Shown here: piece after piece, positions 60,201 through 64,000 of the stretch | Layout of the letters: the number at the start of each line of letters is the position of its first letter | Position numbering within the stretch: position 1 is the stretch's first letter | Assembly: GCA_973895155.1 (NCBI GenBank) | Contig: OZ316896.1 | Span: 3,162,001 to 3,226,000 of the forward strand | Direction of reading: 5' to 3' | Length of the DNA stretch: 64,000 nucleotides | Source: Marsupella aquatica | Lineage: Eukaryota; Plantae; Marchantiophyta | Position numbers and translations under genes: made by a program | The notes under the pieces: model-generated | What the model was told of the DNA's origin: nothing | Databases searched by the model: none | What the model saw: the letters and a program-made list of their open reading frames with translations, nothing else

Positions 60201-63200
60201 TGTGGCAAAGATACATACTATAGAATTCCAAAAAAGAGGTTTGCCGCACATTCATCTTTTGATGTGCATGGGTTATGAGGACAAACCACAAAACGCTACC
60301 CATATTGATGATGTTATTTCTGCGGAGATACCAGATCCTATTTTACATCCAATCTTTATCAAACTGTTGTTACTTGCATGATGCACGGACCATGTCAGTG
60401 GTGTTCAAATGTGAAATGCTCCATGCATGAAAAATGGAGTGTGCTCAAAAGGTTTTTCCAAGCCTTTTTGTGACCCACACCACATTAAGCGAGGATGGGT
60501 ACCCTACATATCGCAGGTGTGACATTGATTTCAATTACTTTTATATCATGCTTTAATTAATATCTTTATATTATTTTTCAATTGTGTACATAATTCTTAT
60601 ATTTACTTTTCTACCTTAAATATTGCAGACGAGATGATGGTCGTACGGTGAAGAAGAAAATTTGTTTTTTGGATAATCATTGGGTGGTGCCATACAATAG
60701 ATTATTGTGCATACTTTTTGATTGCCATATAAATCTAGAAGTTACCAATGGCATTGCGGTTGTGAAGTACATTTACAAATATGTAAATAAGGGATCCGAT
60801 GCAGTTTTGGTTCGATTGTCACAAACTGGTGGCACAATTGGGATGGAGGCAGCAGTAGATGAGGTCTCGGAATATCGAGATGCACGGTAATTATTTTATT
60901 ATTTGTTTTTATTTCATATTAGTTTGTTAATTTTAAGTGTTGCAATAATTTAAAGTTTATTAAAAGTTTTTTACAATTGTTATTTGGTTCTATTTGAGGA
61001 TTTTCCAAATTTTACTAATGTTTTTTTATGTACAGATATATCTCATCTGTTGAAGCATGTTGGCGCATTTTCAAGTTTCGATTGCATTCAGAAGAGCCAA
61101 GTATTGTTTGATTATCTGTTCATCTTGAGAATGAGCAAAGTATTGTTTTTAGTGAGAATGTTACAATCGAGGAGATCTTGCAACAGACGGTGCCAACCAC
61201 ATTGACATAATGGTTTGCAATGAATGTTAGTGATCCAAGGGCACGACAACATAAATACCATGAGTTTCCACTTCATTACAGTTGGAACAAAACCAAAAGA
61301 AATGGATTATTCGTAAGAAAAAGATAAAAGGTTGCGGATATCCTATTGGTCGGTTATATTTGACTCATCCAGGTATGATTGCATCTTGACTTAACACTCA
61401 AAGAATTGAATTCATTGTTATTTATTTTAAAACTTTATTATGCTTTAATACAATTTTATTGTGCAGGTGAAGGAGAACGTCATTGGATGCGATTACTTCT
61501 TCATCATTTTAAAGGGGCTATGGGATACGATAGCTTAAAAACAATTGATGGCATGGTCATGCCCACTTTTAAGGAGACAACAATTAAGTTGGGGCTCTTG
61601 GAAGATGATACAGAGGTTATTGATTGTTTGAGAGAATGTTCAGAGATTCGGACTGGGCGTGCAGTCCGTCAACTTTTTGTCATCATTCTTCTCTACAACA
61701 CACCTGCACGCCCTAAAGAGTTATGGGATCAATTTGTAACATCAATGACCAAAGATCTATTGTATTTGAGACGTCAGGTATTCTTTTTTACACAAATCAA
61801 GTTTTTTCCTTACATGACATGTACATTCCAATATTATATTTGTTTCACAAATTAACATTGGTCAACTACATTGTACATGTAGGAATTTGGAATATCTGAT
61901 CTTTCTTAACATACTGTACTCAATGATGCATTGTTGAAAATTGACCATTATTTACAAGATCACAACAAAAGGCTTTCTCATTTTTCTGACATGTATCAAG
62001 CAAATTTTATTTGGAATGAAGAGACTCATTCTCATTTGGAGTTAGAGGAGCTCTCATGTGATCGTGTTGCACTACGTGCATGTGCATTGGAAGGAGAAGC
62101 CAAACTAAATGATGGACAAAATTTAATTTGGCAACAAGTGAATGATGTTTGTGAGATCATATTGCAAGGTGAATCTCCTCGGGTAAGTATATACATTACT
62201 TTTAATGTATTTTGGCATGATAATGATATTTTCTATTTTCACACTACCAATGCTTCTCATGTCTAACTCATGGCTTTTAATTCATCTAGGAGCATCTATT
62301 CTTTATTGATGGACCAGGTGAAACTGGAAAGACATTTTTGTATAATCTTCTACTAGCAAGGGTTAGATGTGAGGGGCATATCGCTCTTGCCGTGGCATCA
62401 TCGGGGATCCCTCCTTATTATTATAGGGAGGTCGCACGGCACATTTGCGTTTCAAGATTCCACTCATTGTTCACGAAAGCTCTACTTGCAAGTAAGAAGC
62501 TGAAATTGTGTTATTATGAAAAGTACTATTATGTGGAATTCTGAGCTATTGGTTTGGTGGATAATATATGAATTCTATTTTTCCCTGATTACTTTTGTGA
62601 TGATTGTGTGCACCATAGTAATGGAAAGTGAAGTTGCACGCTTGATCCAATCCGCATTATTGATCATATGGGATGAAGCACCCATGACTCATAGACATGC
62701 CTTTGAGGCTATTAGTCGGACACTTCAAGATATCATGAAGTGCAACTTGCCATTTGGGGGAAAATTAATGATCTTTGGTGGTGATTTTTGCCAAGTGCTT
62801 CCTGTTGTTCGACATGGAGATCAAGCAGCCATCATTTGAGCCACCTTCAAAAGATCTTCTATATGGTCAAAGATGAAAGTGATGAGGCTAAGTGAGAACA
62901 TGAGAGTCAAAACACTAGAAGGTATGTTTTACTATCAATCATTGCTTCAAATGTATATTAAATTATACTTAGTGTGTTATAATTATAATCCTTCTAAAAT
63001 TATATTTTTACTTAGTTTTTGAAATGTTAATTTATTTTAACACTAATAACTTCTCAATGTTGGAATAAGGAAAATGATACTACAGTATGTATAATTTGCT
63101 TCAAAACTTTTGACAACTTTCTTGGATTTTCTTATATATATATAGGACAAGAGGTGCTTGAGCAACAAGGCTTTAGCGATTGGTTACTAGCAATTGGAGA

Positions 63201-63717
63201 GGGGATTTTTCCAACAAAGCCTGATTTGGGCGATGATGTCATTTGTTTACCGCATGACTTGATAATGCCAACTGATGATCTTAATGACCTTATTGTTGAG
63301 ATCTATGGCTCAGATCCAATGAACTTCAACAATGTTAACTTTCTAAACGATAGAGCTATCTTGACCACCACAAACAAAGATGTGGATAAGGTCAATGAGG
63401 AGGTGATGTGTGGCTTTCCTGGAGAGGTAAATTCCTTACCACTAGCAACATTAAGAACTTTAAATGTTGTACTTCAAGGAAAATTCTTTCAATGAAAGTT
63501 AGTAACTTTTTTACCATTTTTATTCATGAGTTTTTGCAGGAACATGAGTTTTTGAGTGCAGATTCAATTCCCAATGAAGCAAGTGCTTTCATGTATCCCA
63601 CAGAGTTCCTCAATACATTATTGCCATTGGGGTTACCTCCACACAAGTTGACCCTTAAGATTGGTGCACCCATCATGCTTTTGAGAAACATGAATGGGTC
63701 ACAAGGACAAGCCAATG
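57247..63717 (+). mobile_element. Helitron Rep/PIF1-helicase gene, multi-exon, degenerate
   Basis: CCNHGRV, PKFAQLYIYD, ILPSSFIGGPRHM...YQD-like...GKPDFFLTMTCN, HUH motif EFQKRGLPHIH, WVVPYN, KYIYKY, Walker A DGPGETGKT, IIWDEAPM, GGDFCQVLPV, and YPTEFLN..PPHKLTLKIGAPIMLLRN. Several stops and frameshifts. The 5' boundary is uncertain. Confidence 0.93.
57780..57859. repeat. Near-perfect 37-bp-stem hairpin
   Basis: AGTTTCTTTTGTTACAAATTTAATAATTTACGTCTAG-TCTTTT-CTAGACGTGAATTATTAAATTTGTAACAAAAGAAACT, with one T/G pair. Confidence 0.92.
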
Positions 63718-64000
63718 TGTCGGATGCCAAATTAGGTAGTAGTTTTAACTAAAGTTTAAAATGGACTAACTATAGTTAGAAGTAACCCCAATTAGAAGTA
63801 GACATAAGGTTAAAGTAAGTAAACTGATGCACAATGGGTCAAGGAGATTAAGTAGGGATAGTTAGGAAGGTCTTAGTTAAAGTCTAGTTGAATTAGGATA
63901 GGTTAGGAAATCTCAAGAAGTAAAAGTAGAAAGTGACAAATGGTCTACTCTGCAGAATTATAGAAAAGTCTCCAAATAGAGTTAAACCTGGAAATCAAGT
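63718..64000. mobile_element. Probable LTR inserted into the Helitron helicase (runs off the window)
   Basis: Helicase homology stops abruptly at QGQAN|G (NGTRL expected), and new sequence starts with TGT. Confidence 0.55.

Overview
This is eukaryotic, repeat-rich land-plant DNA; the gene content suggests a bryophyte such as a liverwort, which is inference. The left two-thirds is a decaying tandem array of a three-gene module: a secreted STIG1-family cysteine-rich peptide, an F-box/kelch gene and a germin-like gene. Across the window there are 4 intact STIG1-like genes, 2 intact and 2 broken F-box/kelch genes, and 3 broken germin-like genes. Two of the STIG1 genes sit head-to-head in an ~8-kb palindrome. 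Many transposable elements are interspersed: Copia and Ty3/Gypsy fragments, a solo LTR, MITEs, a DUF7869-type transposase fragment and a degenerate Helitron. The most striking feature is an apparently complete ~7.06-kb TTAA-flanked element (34649-41708). It carries an intact six-exon 793-aa DDE transposase, a convergent gene resembling KolX/P2X7 ballast, and a tRNA-like Pol III cassette, i.e. a Kolobok-like transposon in a plant genome. All family assignments come from motif recognition by eye; no database searches were run.
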